Source of the DNA: Paraspadella gotoi
Taxonomy: Eukaryota > Animalia > Chaetognatha
Reading direction: 5' to 3'
Length of the DNA stretch: 64,000 nucleotides
NCBI GenBank assembly: GCA_051294375.1
Contig: CM119266.1
Location: 2,469,008 to 2,533,007 of the forward strand
In this document: piece after piece, positions 27,405 through 40,915 of the stretch
How positions within the stretch are numbered: position 1 is the stretch's first letter
Layout of the letters: every line of letters starts with the position of its first letter
The notes under the pieces: model-generated
The model's database searches: none
What the model was told of the DNA's origin: nothing
What the model saw: the letters and a program-made list of their open reading frames with translations, nothing else
Position numbers and translations under genes: made by a program

Positions 27405-27789
27405 ATTATTTAAACTAAACTATAATAAAAGATGCAAAAGTTCAAAATCATATTAGAAAATTTGACCCATGACCTGAGATATGGGGCCACCATTATTTTT
27501 AATTTTATTATAATAATTTAAATTTTTATAAATTTTTTATCGCGAAGTTGCAAAATCGTTTACTAGTTCAGAATATTACATTTATTATGGCCAAAATAAA
27601 TTGTTCAAAGTTACTATGGCCATTGCCAAAGGCATTGGGATACTGTATGCAAAATCATAACGAATTTGGTTCAGTGATTTTTTCAGAAACACTTCTTGGT
27701 CAGAAAAACTGGGATGGCATTGTCTCATATGAAGACTTCTGTAAATGTTCTAAGAAGGTTTACCATCTTAATTTAAAATATTAAAATCA

Positions 27790-28361
27790 AGTATAATCAA
27801 AATTTGAATAGTAGATCCTTAACACTTAACAGACTTGCACCTGTAAACATTTTTAAATAAAAAAATTATTTTTTATTTTTCAATTTTCGAATTAGCCCAT
27901 ATTTATTTATAGTACCCACCACAGAAAATGTCAAAATTTTAAAATGTTTTTTTCTTATTTTTGAAAGCCGATTCGAATTCCTCATGAAAAGTTGATTAAA
28001 GGAAATATAAGTCTTTTTAGAAAATTATTTCATTAAGTGGCTCAAAATCCTAAAAAACTATTATAATTAACCTATAATTAAATTTTAGTATAAAAATATA
28101 GTTTTTTTAATTTTTAGCTAACTTGATTAAGACTTATATTTTCTTTTATCAACTTTTTATGAGAAATTCGAATCTGCTTTCAAAACTAATAAAAAAATTT
28201 TAACAAATTTTAAAATTTTCTATGGTTAGTACTATGTATAAATATGGGCCAATGCAAAATATTGAGATGTTTTAAAATAAATTATATATCAATGTTCTTT
28301 AGTACTGGACTGTTCATGATCAACTATTCGAATTTTGATCTACAACTTTAACTTCACCTTA
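27790..28361. mobile_element. Foldback MITE, same family as 48319-48926
   Basis: Long imperfect palindrome (ATCAAAATTTGAATAGTAGATC vs GATCAACTATTCGAATTTTGAT; AAAAGTTGAT vs ATCAACTTTT). Internal segments match the 48.3-48.9 kb element. Confidence 0.7.
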
Positions 28362-28397
28362 ATCCACACACACCTCACAAATTGACGCAAAAATATC

Positions 28398-28620
28398 ATT
28401 TGCATATTGCAGTATTTAAATTTTTTCTAGGTAATGAAGTAAATTTAAGATAGGGGACAATCAAATTATTTGTAAGGTTAAAATTTTTTCTTAATAAACC
28501 GCCCACCCTGTTTTACCAATGCTTATTAGTTTGTCTTAAAAAATATTACAATCACAAACCCCTAACTCAATCAAAATCAAAACGATATTTTCTATAGATC
28601 GGCTCTACAAAGGATATAAA
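28398..28620 (+). promoter_or_regulatory. Type 3 Pol III promoter of U6 copy 2: octamer (-247), PSE-like (~-64), TATA (-30)
   Basis: ATTTGCAT at 28398-28405, AACGATATTTTCTATA at 28581 and TATAAA at 28615-28620. Confidence 0.75.
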
Positions 28621-28644
28621 GAAGTTTTTACCCCTTCCTGTTAT

Positions 28645-28751
28645 GTATTCTTCGGAATACATATACTAAAATTGGAACGATACAGAGAGAGATATAGCAT
28701 GGCCCCTGCGCAAGGATGACACGCAAATTCGTGAAGGCGTTCCATATTTTT
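28645..28751 (+). ncRNA. RNU6: U6 snRNA, second copy (three single-base insertions)
   Basis: Identical to copy 1 except ACAGAGAGAGATATAGC and GTGAAGGCGT; the promoter elements are intact. Confidence 0.9.
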
Positions 28752-29359
28752 AAATTTTCTTTTAGCTATTTTTCCATTAAGTTAAAACCGCTGTTGGCCT
28801 TTGTGGAAATCGATCATTTAATAACATTGTGATCTTTGAATTTTGATCCGTGAGCCAAACAACAAATCCAAATGTTGTTCCCTTTTATAGCCTCGAGCAG
28901 AAATCTCAAAACACGCGCGCCATTTTCTCAGTCTCTTTTCATACAATATCAAACTTTATTGATCTCCATCTTGTGAAATCAAAACATCTCCACCCTCGAT
29001 CCTTTCGATCTTTCTGTTCAGCCCGCTGCCTCTCCACCCCCTTCCCCCTAAACCCCACAGACTCGATGAAGCCTCTGATTTTCCTTCCGGCGGCGGCACA
29101 CCCCGGAACGCCTCGTCACTTTCATCGACGAAGAGAGACAGACAGGAGAGGTTGGTTGCGTTGGAGGAATCTGGGAGGACCCTCAACATCTTCGTCCAGT
29201 ATCGTTGAATCATGTTTTCGAAAGACGGCAAATCGGCCGCAGGAGATTAATATTCTAGTAGAAGATTTTACAAAAGTAAAATAAGAATGAAGAAAGTAAA
29301 GGGTGGGAAAGATTCAACGATAATGCAACATGTGTGGCTACGTGGCTATCTTGTAAAAT

Positions 29360-29580
29360 GGATGAAGTGAACGCAAGACAGTATTTAATGATTAAGCTGG
29401 TTAAATGCAGCACCCGTTCAACAGTATACAGCAGACACCTGAGGCTCTCGGGATCAAGCTGTAACACTATGTTTACAGGCGGTTAACTGCGCCCCGTCCC
29501 TCTTAACTGCTAAGGCGACCAACCCCGCGTGGGCGGCCTACGAACTCGCCGGCCTCTTTGGGTTGGGAGGGCGAGATGAG
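29360..29580 (-). mobile_element. tRNA-derived SINE family 2 copy
   Basis: Reverse-complement match to 54990-55180 (CTCCCAACCCAAAG...AGCAGTTAAG..GGACGGGGCGC...GTGTTACAGC.TGATCC). Confidence 0.7.
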
Positions 29581-30373
29581 ATCGGTTGGTCGAATTTCTT
29601 TAAGTCCAACCATAACAGACAGGTTTGAACGCCAAGCCCAAACGTCAGCTTACTTTAATAACTCTGTAATTGACATGATATAAATATTAAACATTGGTCT
29701 TTTAGCGATGTTAATGATGAAATTCTAACGTTTAATCTTTCCCGAAGTGGCAAGTGATCAAAATTTTAATTTTTTTTTTTGTCATGAAATAAAGAGACAA
29801 TTTGACAGTTACAGACGATAAAAAGGATAAAACGATTTCGAAACAATTTGACATTCAAACAAATACAATGAGTGATTGAGCAAGATTAATTGCACTCGAT
29901 GGTGATGTGAATGTGAAAGAGCTTAAATCCCACAGGAAAAAGAAGTTGAGAGTGAGAGTCATCTCGCACCTCGAGAATCCCCACTCTTCCGCCGCTCAAC
30001 TTGGAGTCTGAGCAATTCTCATCCGTTAAGCGAATCAGATTTTCACCGCTCCTTGACAGTCCTAACGTCCAGCCTATCACTTCAATTGCTAACATATAAA
30101 GGCTAAAAACCGAAAACCCAGCTCTGTCACACCCGATGTCATAACTCCGATGTCATAACCCCTCATTGCCAGTATCATAATCCGCCCCCCATTTTCCATG
30201 ACCCAACCCCTCGTGCTCATTTTCACTGTGACAATCTGTTTGCCTTCACGAGTTCCCACGTTTCTCTGTTCCGAACGCAGAGCTTCCCTTCCGACTGAGG
30301 ACATACGACAACCATTAATATCAAACTGGAAATTAGCAGTTTTTTATTTCTCTGTGAAAAGCAAATAAACTGT

Positions 30374-30426
<53 letters not shown>

Positions 30427-30479
30427 AGAGAGGAGAAGAGAGAGAGAGAGAGAGAGAGAGACACAGAGAGAGAGAGAGA

Positions 30480-30528
<49 letters not shown>

Positions 30529-30793
30529 CAGAGACAGAGACACATATAGACATTAGAAGAGAAACAGAGAGAGAGAGAGAGCGACAGAGAGAATCGATAC
30601 TTATTTAAATCTGTTTGTAATTCGATTTTAAATTAAAACTAATCACGATTAAAGAAAGATTCATCCCGATATAGAAAACTGATAAATATTTAATAAAAAA
30701 TAAAGTAGATATTGAAAATGAATAAGTTTTTCACTCTTTGTTAATACTTAAATTGTAGTTTAAACGAAAGAGACAAACTTTTATATCAGGCTC

Positions 30794-30849
<56 letters not shown>

Positions 30850-33800
30850 GTAATAAAATGACGAATTCAAAATGAAACGATTGCGATGAAAAAAGGAACA
30901 AACTTCGTTAAAAGCGAAATTCTTCGTTAGAAGCGAATTTTATTTTGAAATCGGTGCCTTTTTGTTTGTAAATCTGTTTTGTATCGAGAAAACGAACGTG
31001 AGATCGTGCGATTGTGAATTGTGAAAGCGAAGCCATCAGAGAATGAGATGAAAACGTGAAATAAAAAAAGTCTAGAGATAAAATTGTGAAAATGTAAGAA
31101 AAAAAAGATGAAATAAAATGGTGAAAAAGTTTAAATCGTGAGATTCGCTGAGAGAAAAAAAATCGTGAAAGTCGTGAACCCAACTCGTTTTTCATCGGAA
31201 AAGTTTTTCCAGATTTCGAAAGAGAAAAAGGTTTTTTATTTTATTTCTTTTTTTTTGTTTTGTTTTTTATCTCTTACAGCCAGAAGTTCCCATTGTAAAA
31301 ACAAAAACATTCATTCGACTTTTAAATTTATAATAAATTCTAGTCTTAATTTATTTAGTTTTTCTCCACACATATAGATTTACTTACGATTTCATTTAAA
31401 CTTTTGGCGGGCAATGTATTTTAGTTGTACCATTAACTCATTCTCTCTTTTCCAAAAATATAACATTAAGCTGAAATAAAAAGTTTTAGAATAACTTTAT
31501 TTCATTCTGATTTTTCCTACTTTTGTTTCTCCCGTATTTTTCTGTCAGAGATTTGATGTTTTCTTTACGATTTTTCACTGACCTCAAATCGAGTCGTTTT
31601 GTTATTCTGTTTGTTGATTGACTGACTGACTGACTGACTGACTAACAGTGACGATTGTCTCAACAAGGAACGACAATCCCACGTTGACTCGCCGCATTAA
31701 CTTTCCTTTCACCTGATCGGATAACAAAGGTTTCATGTGCCAAGTATTATTCTGGATCTGTATTAAACGAGTATTTTGTGTTTTTAACAATTTTAAAAAC
31801 TGTAGGTATTTTTTCGCTCAGTGCCAGTGGCTGTTTAAATAAATTGAAGTAAAATGTCTGGAAATCCGATATCAATGAAAAAAACTGTAAAAAAACCTCA
31901 AAATTGTAAAAAAAACTTTAATAAAGTAGAAATAAACTTTTAAAAAGTCTAAAAAATATCGGTGGTGGAGAGAAAGCGTCCAGTTACGCGTCCCAGGAGA
32001 CTCCAGTGGCTCGTGGATGAGAGAGGGTTGGTTNNNNNNNNNNNNNNNNNNNNNNNNNNNNNNNNNNNNNNNNNNNNNNNNNNNNNNNNNNNNNNNNNNN
32101 NNNNNNNNNNNNNNNNNNNNNNNNNNNNNNNNNNNNNNNNNNNNNNNNNNNNNNNNNNNNNNNNNNNNNNNNNNNNNNNNNNNNNNNNNNNNNNNNNNNN
32201 NNNNNNNNNNNNNNNNNNNNNNNNNNNNNNNNNNNNNNNNNNNNNNNNNNNNNNNNNNNNNNNNNNNNNNNNNNNNNNNNNNNNNNNNNNNNNNNNNNNN
32301 NNNNNCGAGAAAAAAAATGAATCAGAACTGAAAAGAAGTCTTTTTTTCAAATAATTAAGACGGTTGTGTTAGAACGATGTTGTGGTTGTTGTGGTTTTTG
32401 TTGTTGTTGTTGTTGTCGCCATAGATTAAACCACGGATTTCTCCACTAATAACCCCGGGATGTAATCAAGTCACTTTCAAATAATCCCCGGATGTAATTG
32501 AGTTTTCGTACATACGGTTTCATCCGCGAGCTTCATTCAGGCCTGGATGTAATAGCAATTTTGCCACGACCTTAACCTACGCATTTTCCGCGGCCCTGAC
32601 CGCAGTCACCGCCGGCGCCACCGCCGCCTCCGCCGCTGCCGCCGCCGCCTTCGCCACCATCGCCGCTTTCGCCGCCGCCACGACTTCGACATCCAAAAAA
32701 AAGTGGGCTTCCTTAATCGATCTCCCGCGCATTGAATCTCACGAGATCGAAACTCTTTCGCCACTAGTTTTTTTTTCTCTTCCTCTTCCTTCTGTGATTT
32801 TTCATCCGCCTATCCTCGCTATTTACAGGATCACTGACAACGCCGCTTTCACCGCCGCCGCNNNNNNNNNNNNNNNNNNNNNNNNNNNNNNNNNNNNNNN
32901 NNNNNNNNNNNNNNNNNNNNNNNNNNNNNNNNNNNNNNNNNNNNNNNNNNNNNNNNNNNNNNNNNNNNNNNNNNNNNNNNNNNNNNNNNNNNNNNNNNNN
33001 NNNNNNNNNNNNNNNNNNNNNNNNNNNNNNNNNNNNNNNNNNNNNNNNNNNNNNNNNNNNNNTAGATAATAAAACCTTCTTCACTCTCTCTCTATCTTTC
33101 TCTCTTTAACAGTATTTTGTCCCTCTTTGATTTTAATGCAATTCACTCTCTTTTACTCTCTATCTCTCTCTCTCTCCCGTACTCTTTTCTTCCTTCTCTC
33201 TCTCTCTCCCTCCCTCTCCCACGCTATCCTTTTTTTCCCTGCCCAAACAGATGATTCTCCANNNNNNNNNNNNNNNNNNNNNNNNNNNNNNNNNNNNNNN
33301 NNNNNNNNNNNNNNNNNNNNNNNNNNNNNNNNNNNNNNNNNNNNNNNNNNNNNNNNNNNNNNNNNNNNNNNNNNNNNNNNNNNNNNNNNNNNNNNNNNNN
33401 NNNNNNNNNNNNNNNNNNNNNNNNNNNNNNNNNNNNNNNNNNCTCCATTTCGACGAAGACCCGAAATCAATTCACTCTCCTCTCTCTCTCTCCTTCTCTC
33501 TCTCTCTTCTCTCTCTCTCGTCGACATTTGACCGAGGAGTCCAACGGAGAACACGTTCGGTGAATCCTTTTCACGTAAACGTGATTTCCTCTTTTATGAT
33601 CCCTCTTCCTCCTCCTCCTCCTCTTCCTCCTTCTCCTCCTCCTCCTCATCCTCCTCCCATTATTCCTCCTCTTTCTCATCTCATCGATTTGCCATTTCCG
33701 AATTCAATTCCCTTTGACATTTCCTCCATTGTCCAGTGATTTTTTTGTTATTTTTCTGCTTCTTTTATTATTTCTCTTTTTTTCCAAATCCAAGGAAACT

Positions 33801-33876
33801 TCTTTTGAAGTTAAAACCCAGATTTCGTCTCCCAGATTTCCCGCCAAAACTCCCTCCCTCCGCGTCCATCTGTCCG

Positions 33877-34095
33877 AAAGGTTCGAGACCGTGTCAGAAA
33901 AGTCTTCAAAGGTTCGAGACCGTGTCAGAAAGGTCTTCAAAGGTTCGAGACCGTGTCAGAAAGGTCTTCAAAGGTTCGACACCGTGTAAGAAAGGTCTTC
34001 AAAGGTTCGACACCGTGTCAGAAAGGTCTTCAAAGGTTCGAGACCGTGTCAGAAAGGTCTTCAAAGGTTCGAGACCGTGTCAGAAAAGTCTTCAA
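33877..34095. repeat. 31-bp minisatellite (AAAGGTTCGAGACCGTGTCAGAAAGGTCTTC) x~7
   Basis: Near-identical head-to-tail copies. Confidence 0.95.
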
Positions 34096-34225
34096 TAGGG
34101 CCAGTGATCTCATGGGTTTTGTGATTAAAAGTAATGTGAGATTCCGGGTAACAATCAGAAATAAATTCCAAAGACATTTGAACTAAGTTTTCTGCTGATG
34201 AGGCACGAGGTTGACTCTGAAAATA

Positions 34226-34470
34226 CGGCCATATTTTTCAAAAGTCTCTCATTTGAACCTAAATTGATTATTAATAAAGCTCTAAGGATAACATTTAGTT
34301 CGCGATTTGGATTAGAAATTAATGAGTAAGATTAGGTTAAAGTTAGATATTACCATATTAAGATAAGGTTTAAGGTTAATGAATGGGTTAAATATTTTGT
34401 AATATATTTGGGTTAAAATTAATTTTAGGGATTCGGAACGGAAATGGGCCACTTTCGAAAAATAATGCCG
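34226..34470. mobile_element. Small MITE-like element with an internal TTAAGG/TTAGG-rich core; related copy at 59781-60043
   Basis: Imperfect terminal inverted repeats CGGCCATATTTTTCAAAAGT / ACTTTCGAAAAATAATGCCG. Confidence 0.5.
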
Positions 34471-34621
34471 AAAGTTCTCTAGACGCCGAAAAACAAGGAA
34501 ATGAAATACGGCTGCGCGTGTTTCAATGAGTCATGGCATGACCTGTCAAAACAATAATAGGATTTACCTGAGAAGATTCGAGTGTCAGCTTTAAATCCCT
34601 CTCTCTCTTTATGTCTAAAGG

Positions 34622-34682
<61 letters not shown>

Positions 34683-37600
34683 TCTGCGATGTATGTCAAT
34701 GTAAAAGGAAATGTGACGTGAAAATGTAATGAACGATGTGATTTCAATAATACATAATCTTCTTAATTATTTTGATAATTATCCAAATTAATTTTTGATC
34801 GGGGGTGTGAATTGCCAATTTTAATTTAATCTCTTTGTCCGTTCGGTGATTTTCTCGAATGTGGGATATATAAACTAAAGTTTGTTTTTTTAATGTTAAG
34901 TTCATAATACGTGTATTTATCACGACTTTTAAAAAAAAATCTAGAAACGCGACAAACTTATGTATATACTATTTATGCCTCAGGACAGAAAAAAAAATGT
35001 TTTTTTCAAATTTTATACTTTTTCTGGTTTTATTTATGTCGTTATTTCTCCATAATACTCTTTTTCTTCCTCTCTTTTTTTTCATTTGCAATTGCAATCG
35101 GGAGACTGAGGTTTTATATCAAAGAGAAGAGGATATAAAAACGGGGGGGCGAGGAAATGGGGGTTTGGGGGTTTAATAGTGGGGGGAGAACTGATGAGAA
35201 GAAAGATCTTAAGTCAGTCCTTCTTGTTCAATTCTTTCTTTTTTTTTCAATATATAATTATATAGATTATCGAATCTCGAAGAGAAATAATGGAAAATCT
35301 ATAAAATCTTTATCGTTTGTTCTGCGCCGCTGGAAGAAAAAGAAATAATTTTCTTGGGCGAGAAAAAGAATGAGCGATTGTCAAACGGGGAAAGAAGGGA
35401 GAAATAATTGAAAAGAAATAACGCGTGATATATCGATAAATAGTCAATGGGTAAAACAAACAAAGATAACGAAAAAAAAAAAAAATATTGACCAAAACAA
35501 AAACAAAAAGTAAGCAGCGGAAAAAGTATAGGAGAATAGTCGACAATTCTAAAAAAATCCTGAGAACTTATGAAAAATTGAAAAGAAAGAAATATTGTTT
35601 TCTTTTTGGTGATAAAAAGGCCAAAATGCCAAGAAATAAATCATTTTGATAAGAAAACAGATCACTTTTTCGTAAAGTAGCTCACCGACATATAAAACAA
35701 ATTTCAAATTGCAATTTTATGTAGAAAACGTGATCGAGATTTCGTTTTTAATTCTTAATTTAAAAAAAAATAATTCTATTTTTGTTTCTTTAATTTTCTT
35801 TCAATTATCTCTGTTTTTGTTCTCCATATTCTGCCCTTCTTTCTCCCCTCACACAATTTGCCGAATTACATCTAAATTTTTAACGAAAAAAATCTTTTGT
35901 TATAAATTCGATTTTTTTATTTCAGAGTCGAATTCGTTTCCTTATTTTCCCGGAGAAAAAAAAGGGGGGAAGAAGAAAGGTGGAGAGAGAGAGATAGAGA
36001 AAGAGGATTAGTTTAGAGATGGAGTGAATGAGAAGTGAGAAGATATGAATGATAGATGGAGAGACTGGAGACGCAACTGGGAAGCACGCACGACGACGCA
36101 CGATTGGGAGGAGAGTGCGGAGATAGAGAGTGGACTGAGGAGGTAAGAAAAGATGTGGCTGTTGGAAGTCGCGTCTGTCCCAACTGACGGTTTGTTCTTT
36201 ACGCTACAAATTGACATACGCGCTTTTCCTCCGCGTTTGGAGAATTAAGTCGGCCGAACTGAGAGAAAAGTGTTAGTGGATAAAGTGAATCCACTCGCGG
36301 GCCGGATGGATACATTTTATATCACAAACTGCACCCTAATAAAATTCAGTCAGAACAAAAATACATACTTGTTTTCTAGACCTTTATCTCGCGCGCGCGA
36401 GGAGAGAGAGGATGATTGACTGCAGGATCGTTGTTACAGAAGAAAATGTGAATTGTGCTTTTTTTATTAGTTAGAGAGAGAGAGTAGAGAGATGTAGAGA
36501 ATGAGATTGAGAGAGAGTTACAGAGACAGAATAGACGAAGAGATGTGTAGAATAGAAGAGGAGCTTTCGTATGTGGCGAGGGAGAGCAGAGAGCAGAGAG
36601 AAAGAGAGACCGACCGAGGAACGTTTCTCACCTCAACTCCCTAAGACCACCACACCTAACGACACTTCACTTCCCACTATCATCTCATCATCATCATCAC
36701 CACCATCATCATCATCACCTCATCACATCTCACCATCCATCACTATCATCACATCAATCTCATATACTACTCTTAAGCACCACCTTCCACCATAACGACC
36801 CCATTCATATCCCTAATCACAATATTTTCATCATATCATTCATCACATCGCATCATCACCGCCCACATCATCACCATCATCACCGTCCGTTTCTGTCAAT
36901 CAGGATTGCGCGAACCCGAGTCCCGAGTGGCGATCGAAAGCGATCGAAAGCGAGAGCCACATGAAAAAATGACAACAGTATCGGACGAAAGCGGAAACTC
37001 AATAGGAAATAAAAAGTAATAAAATATCTGGTGTCCGTTTGGATGTTTTAAAGCAATTGGTGGTCTGTCAGTTGGTCTGTCAGTTGGTCGGTTGGTCGGT
37101 CGGTCTTGGTCAATGATAACCAAAAATGATATAGAATTTGTTTATCCTTTTTTCATCTGTCTTTATTTTTATATATTATCCGATTGTGATTTAATAATTA
37201 TTGATTAATAATATAGTATTTAATAAAACTTCATAAAAAATCATTTAAATATGAACTGCAAAGCATGCATAGACATAAAATCAAGTTCTCACGCCTTCCC
37301 CCATCCTCAGTCTCATCTTCAACGCGCCACCCTGGCCGTTCGCCAATCTCAACACCTCCAACCGAAATCACAGAACTCCCCCCCCCCATCTGCCTATAAA
37401 TAAGCTCCGTCTCCTCTCTCACCATTCGATACTCGTAGATGTAGTATATGTGCCAGTATATGTGCCAGTTTATGTGCCACTCCAATGCCTCTCCCTCTCT
37501 CCATTCNNNNNNNNNNNNNNNNNNNNNNNNNNNNNNNNNNNNNNNNNNNNNNNNNNNNNNNNNNNNNNNNNNNNNNNNNNNNNNNNNNNNNNNNNNNNNN

Positions 37601-40600
37601 NNNNNNNNNNNNNNNNNNNNNNNNNNNNNNNNNNNNNNNNNNNNNNNNNNNNNNNNNNNNNNNNNNNNNNNNNNNNNNNNNNNNNNNNNNNNNNNNNNNN
37701 NNNNNNNNNNNNNNNNNNNNNNNNNNNNNNNNNNNNNNNNNNNNNNNNNNNNNNNNNNNNNNNNNNNNNNNNNNNNNNNNNNNNNNNNNNNNNNNNNNNN
37801 NNNNNNNNNNNNNNNNNNNNNNNNNNNNNNNNNNNNNNNNNNNNNNNNNNNNNNNNNNNNNNNNNNNNNNNNNNNNNNNNNNNNNNNNNNNNNNNNNNNN
37901 NNNNNNNNNNNNNNNNNNNNNNNNNNNNNNNNNNNNNNNNNNNNNNNNNNNNNNNNNNNNNNNNNNNNNNNNNNNNNNNNNNNNNNNNNNNNNNNNNNNN
38001 NNNNNNNNNNNNNNNNNNNNNNNNNNNNNNNNNNNNNNNNNNNNNNNNNNNNNNNNNNNNNNNNNNNNNNNNNNNNNNNNNNNNNNNNNNNNNNNNNNNN
38101 NNNNNNNNNNNNNNNNNNNNNNNNNNNNNNNNNNNNNNNNNNNNNNNNNNNNNNNNNNNNNNNNNNNNNNNNNNNNNNNNNNNNNNNNNNNNNNNNNNNN
38201 NNNNNNNNNNNNNNNNNNNNNNNNNNNNNNNNNNNNNNNNNNNNNNNNNNNNNNNNNNNNNNNNNNNNNNNNNTGCTTAACGAAAACGACGACGACGACG
38301 ACGCCGAGAACGACGACGACAGCGCCGACGACGACTACGACTTATCACACTAACAAATTCCACCGTGGCTTAATGTTTATGACTCGAAAGTCTCGAGTTC
38401 GAGGGAGGGACCTTCACCTTTTCAACTCAACTTTTCGACTTTCTTTTTTTTTCTTTTTTTCATCCCATATTTCACATTCAAACGAAAATTCGTTTATTTT
38501 TGCCTAATTTGATTTGCGTACGAAATTGTGAAATTGTGCTTGTAAAGCTGTCCAAAAAATTGGTTCACGACGGAAATTGAAAAATGGCTCATTGGTTAAT
38601 TAATTTTAGTTCCGGGACCTCTTAATTTTTTGTTTCGGCAGGGAATGGCTGGGTAGAAAATTTTTCCTGGATATAAACCGCATAATTTTGTAAAAAAATT
38701 TAAACTTATATTTTACTTCTCATGAAGTTTTATTTATTTCATAAGACATAAGACAGTAAATTAAACTAAATACATACATACATAAAAAAATAAATACGAA
38801 CGCACTCCACGAAAATAAATCGTGAAAATTAGCTGAAAATCACCTGAAAAAAAAAACTCTCACGTAATTTGATTGTAAAATCACGCCGGTGTTTGAAGCC
38901 GTGAATTAATTGACGGGTGAAAAACAAACTGAAATAATTTGGGTCACAAGTGACGAAAATTGGTAAAAGGTTGTGACGGAAACACTGTGTCCTCGAATGA
39001 AAGGTAATTGTGACACTATTGCCTTTGGCTGAAAATTGAACGAGGGGGGGGGGAAATTTATTTATTTAAAATTATTTTGACAAGCAGGAGTTCCGTTAAG
39101 ATTATGACGCTTGTGAGGATTGTCACATTGTCACAGGCAGGGAAATGCAATCATGATATCCCATTCGCGCCGCAATTGTAATCGGCGACAGTCAATGACG
39201 CGAAGATGATAGAAAAAAAAATATTATCCTTCTGAAGGATGAATTATTTTGTGTGAAGACGATGATGTCCCCCAGAATTTCTTAGAAATGAGATTCACAC
39301 ACAAAAAGTATAACTTTCGCGTTATTTAATCCCAAAATTATTTGATGATAGATTTTTTAAGTTTTTGAACGAATTTTTAATTTGAATTTTAAAATTATTA
39401 TTCGTCTGTTGACAACACGACGATTACGAATTGAAAAAAAAAAAACGATTACATTTTGATTTATGTTCAACTTACGACGTCGATAACCATTTTGTTATTA
39501 ATGTCGAAATAAAACCGCAGATTCGACACTCGTTAACATAACCAGTTTTATTGACAAATTAAAAAAATAAAAAAATAAAATTAGATGAGAATTTATATTC
39601 TGTTCTGTTCCTATTTTCTGGCAATTTTTCTGACAGGATAAATTTAACTGGGCGCATAAAAAGTAAATTTATAAACAAAAAGAAAAACAAATCTTCATTT
39701 AGAACTAAATTAGGGATTTTTTTAGTTGTCCCTAGATTTTTTTCGGAGATTTTAATGTCAACAAAAGGGAAACTGGAGCAGCTTTGGTTTAATGAGGCAA
39801 ATAAATAATTAATGAGACAAAGCGTGGAACAAATACAGTAAATTGGATGGATAAGGTTTCGAGTTGCTGTGTTCGTGTATTTGCTTGTGTGGAGAGAGAG
39901 AGAGAGAGAGAGAGAGAGANNNNNNNNNNNNNNNNNNNNNNNNNNNNNNNNNNNNNNNNNNNNNNNNNNNNNNNNNNNNNNNNNNNNNNNNNNNNNNNNN
40001 NNNNNNNNNNNNNNNNNNNNNNNNNNNNNNNNNNNNNNNNNNNNNNNNNNNNNNNNNNNNNNNNNNNNNNNNNNNNNNNNNNNNNNNNNNNNNNNNNNNN
40101 NNNNNNNNNNNNNNNNNNNNNNNNNNNNNNNNNNNNNNNNNNNNNNNNNNNNNNNNNNNNNNNNNNNNNNNNNNNNNNNNNNNNNNNNNNNNNNNNNNNN
40201 NNNNNNNNNNNNNNNNNNNNNNNNNNNNNNNNNNNNNNNNNNNNNNNNNNNNNNNNNNNNNNNNNNNNNNNNNNNNNNNNNNNNNNNNNNNNNNNNNNNN
40301 NNNNNNNNNNNNNNNNNNNNNNNNNNNNNNNNNNNNNNNNNNNNNNNNNNNNNNNNNNNNNNNNNNNNNNNNNNNNNNNNNNNNNNNNNNNNNNNNNNNN
40401 NNNNNNNNNNNNNNNNNNNNNNNNNNNNNNNNNNNNNNNNNNNNNNNNNNNNNNNNNNNNNNNNNNNNNNNNNNNNNNNNNNNNNNNNNNNNNNNNNNNN
40501 NNNNNNNNNNNNNNNNNNNNNNNNNNNNNNNNNNNNNNNNNNNNNNNNNNNNNNNNNNNNNNNNNNNNNNNNNNNNNNNNNNNNNNNGAGAGAGAGAAAA

Positions 40601-40769
40601 TAAAAAATAAAATTAAAAAAAAACTCCTAAAACAAGAAATGTCCAGAGCTAAAATAAAAAAAGCTTTTTTTCCTCTGCGTTTGTTTTTGATGGAGACAAT
40701 CAAGATAAATTTAGTTTAGCCGTGGGTTCTATTTTCTTCTTTTTTTTTTTGTTTTGTTTATGTTTGTTT

Positions 40770-40915
40770 TTTGGCTTGGAACCGGCTTGGGGGTTTTCAG
40801 GACCCCAAGGCTTTTAACGGCAGTCGCTCATGCTTCCGCAGAGTAGGTACCATTGGGGATTCGATCCCGGTAACCTAAGGGTCATGAAGCTGATGGCATT
40901 ATCAATGAGCCACGA
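40770..40915 (-). mobile_element. tRNA-derived SINE family 1 copy
   Basis: GTGGCTCATTGA..GCCATCAGCTTCATGACC...GGGATCGAATCCCC...AAAACCCCAAGCCGGTTCCAAGCC on the - strand. Confidence 0.6.

Noticed and set aside
33877-34095. 31-bp repeats as a CRISPR array or repeat protein
   Set aside because: No spacers, and a unit length not divisible by 3 gives the same pseudo-peptide cycling through frames.
37448-40719. Long ORFs composed of X
   Set aside because: They span N gaps; artefacts of the ORF caller.
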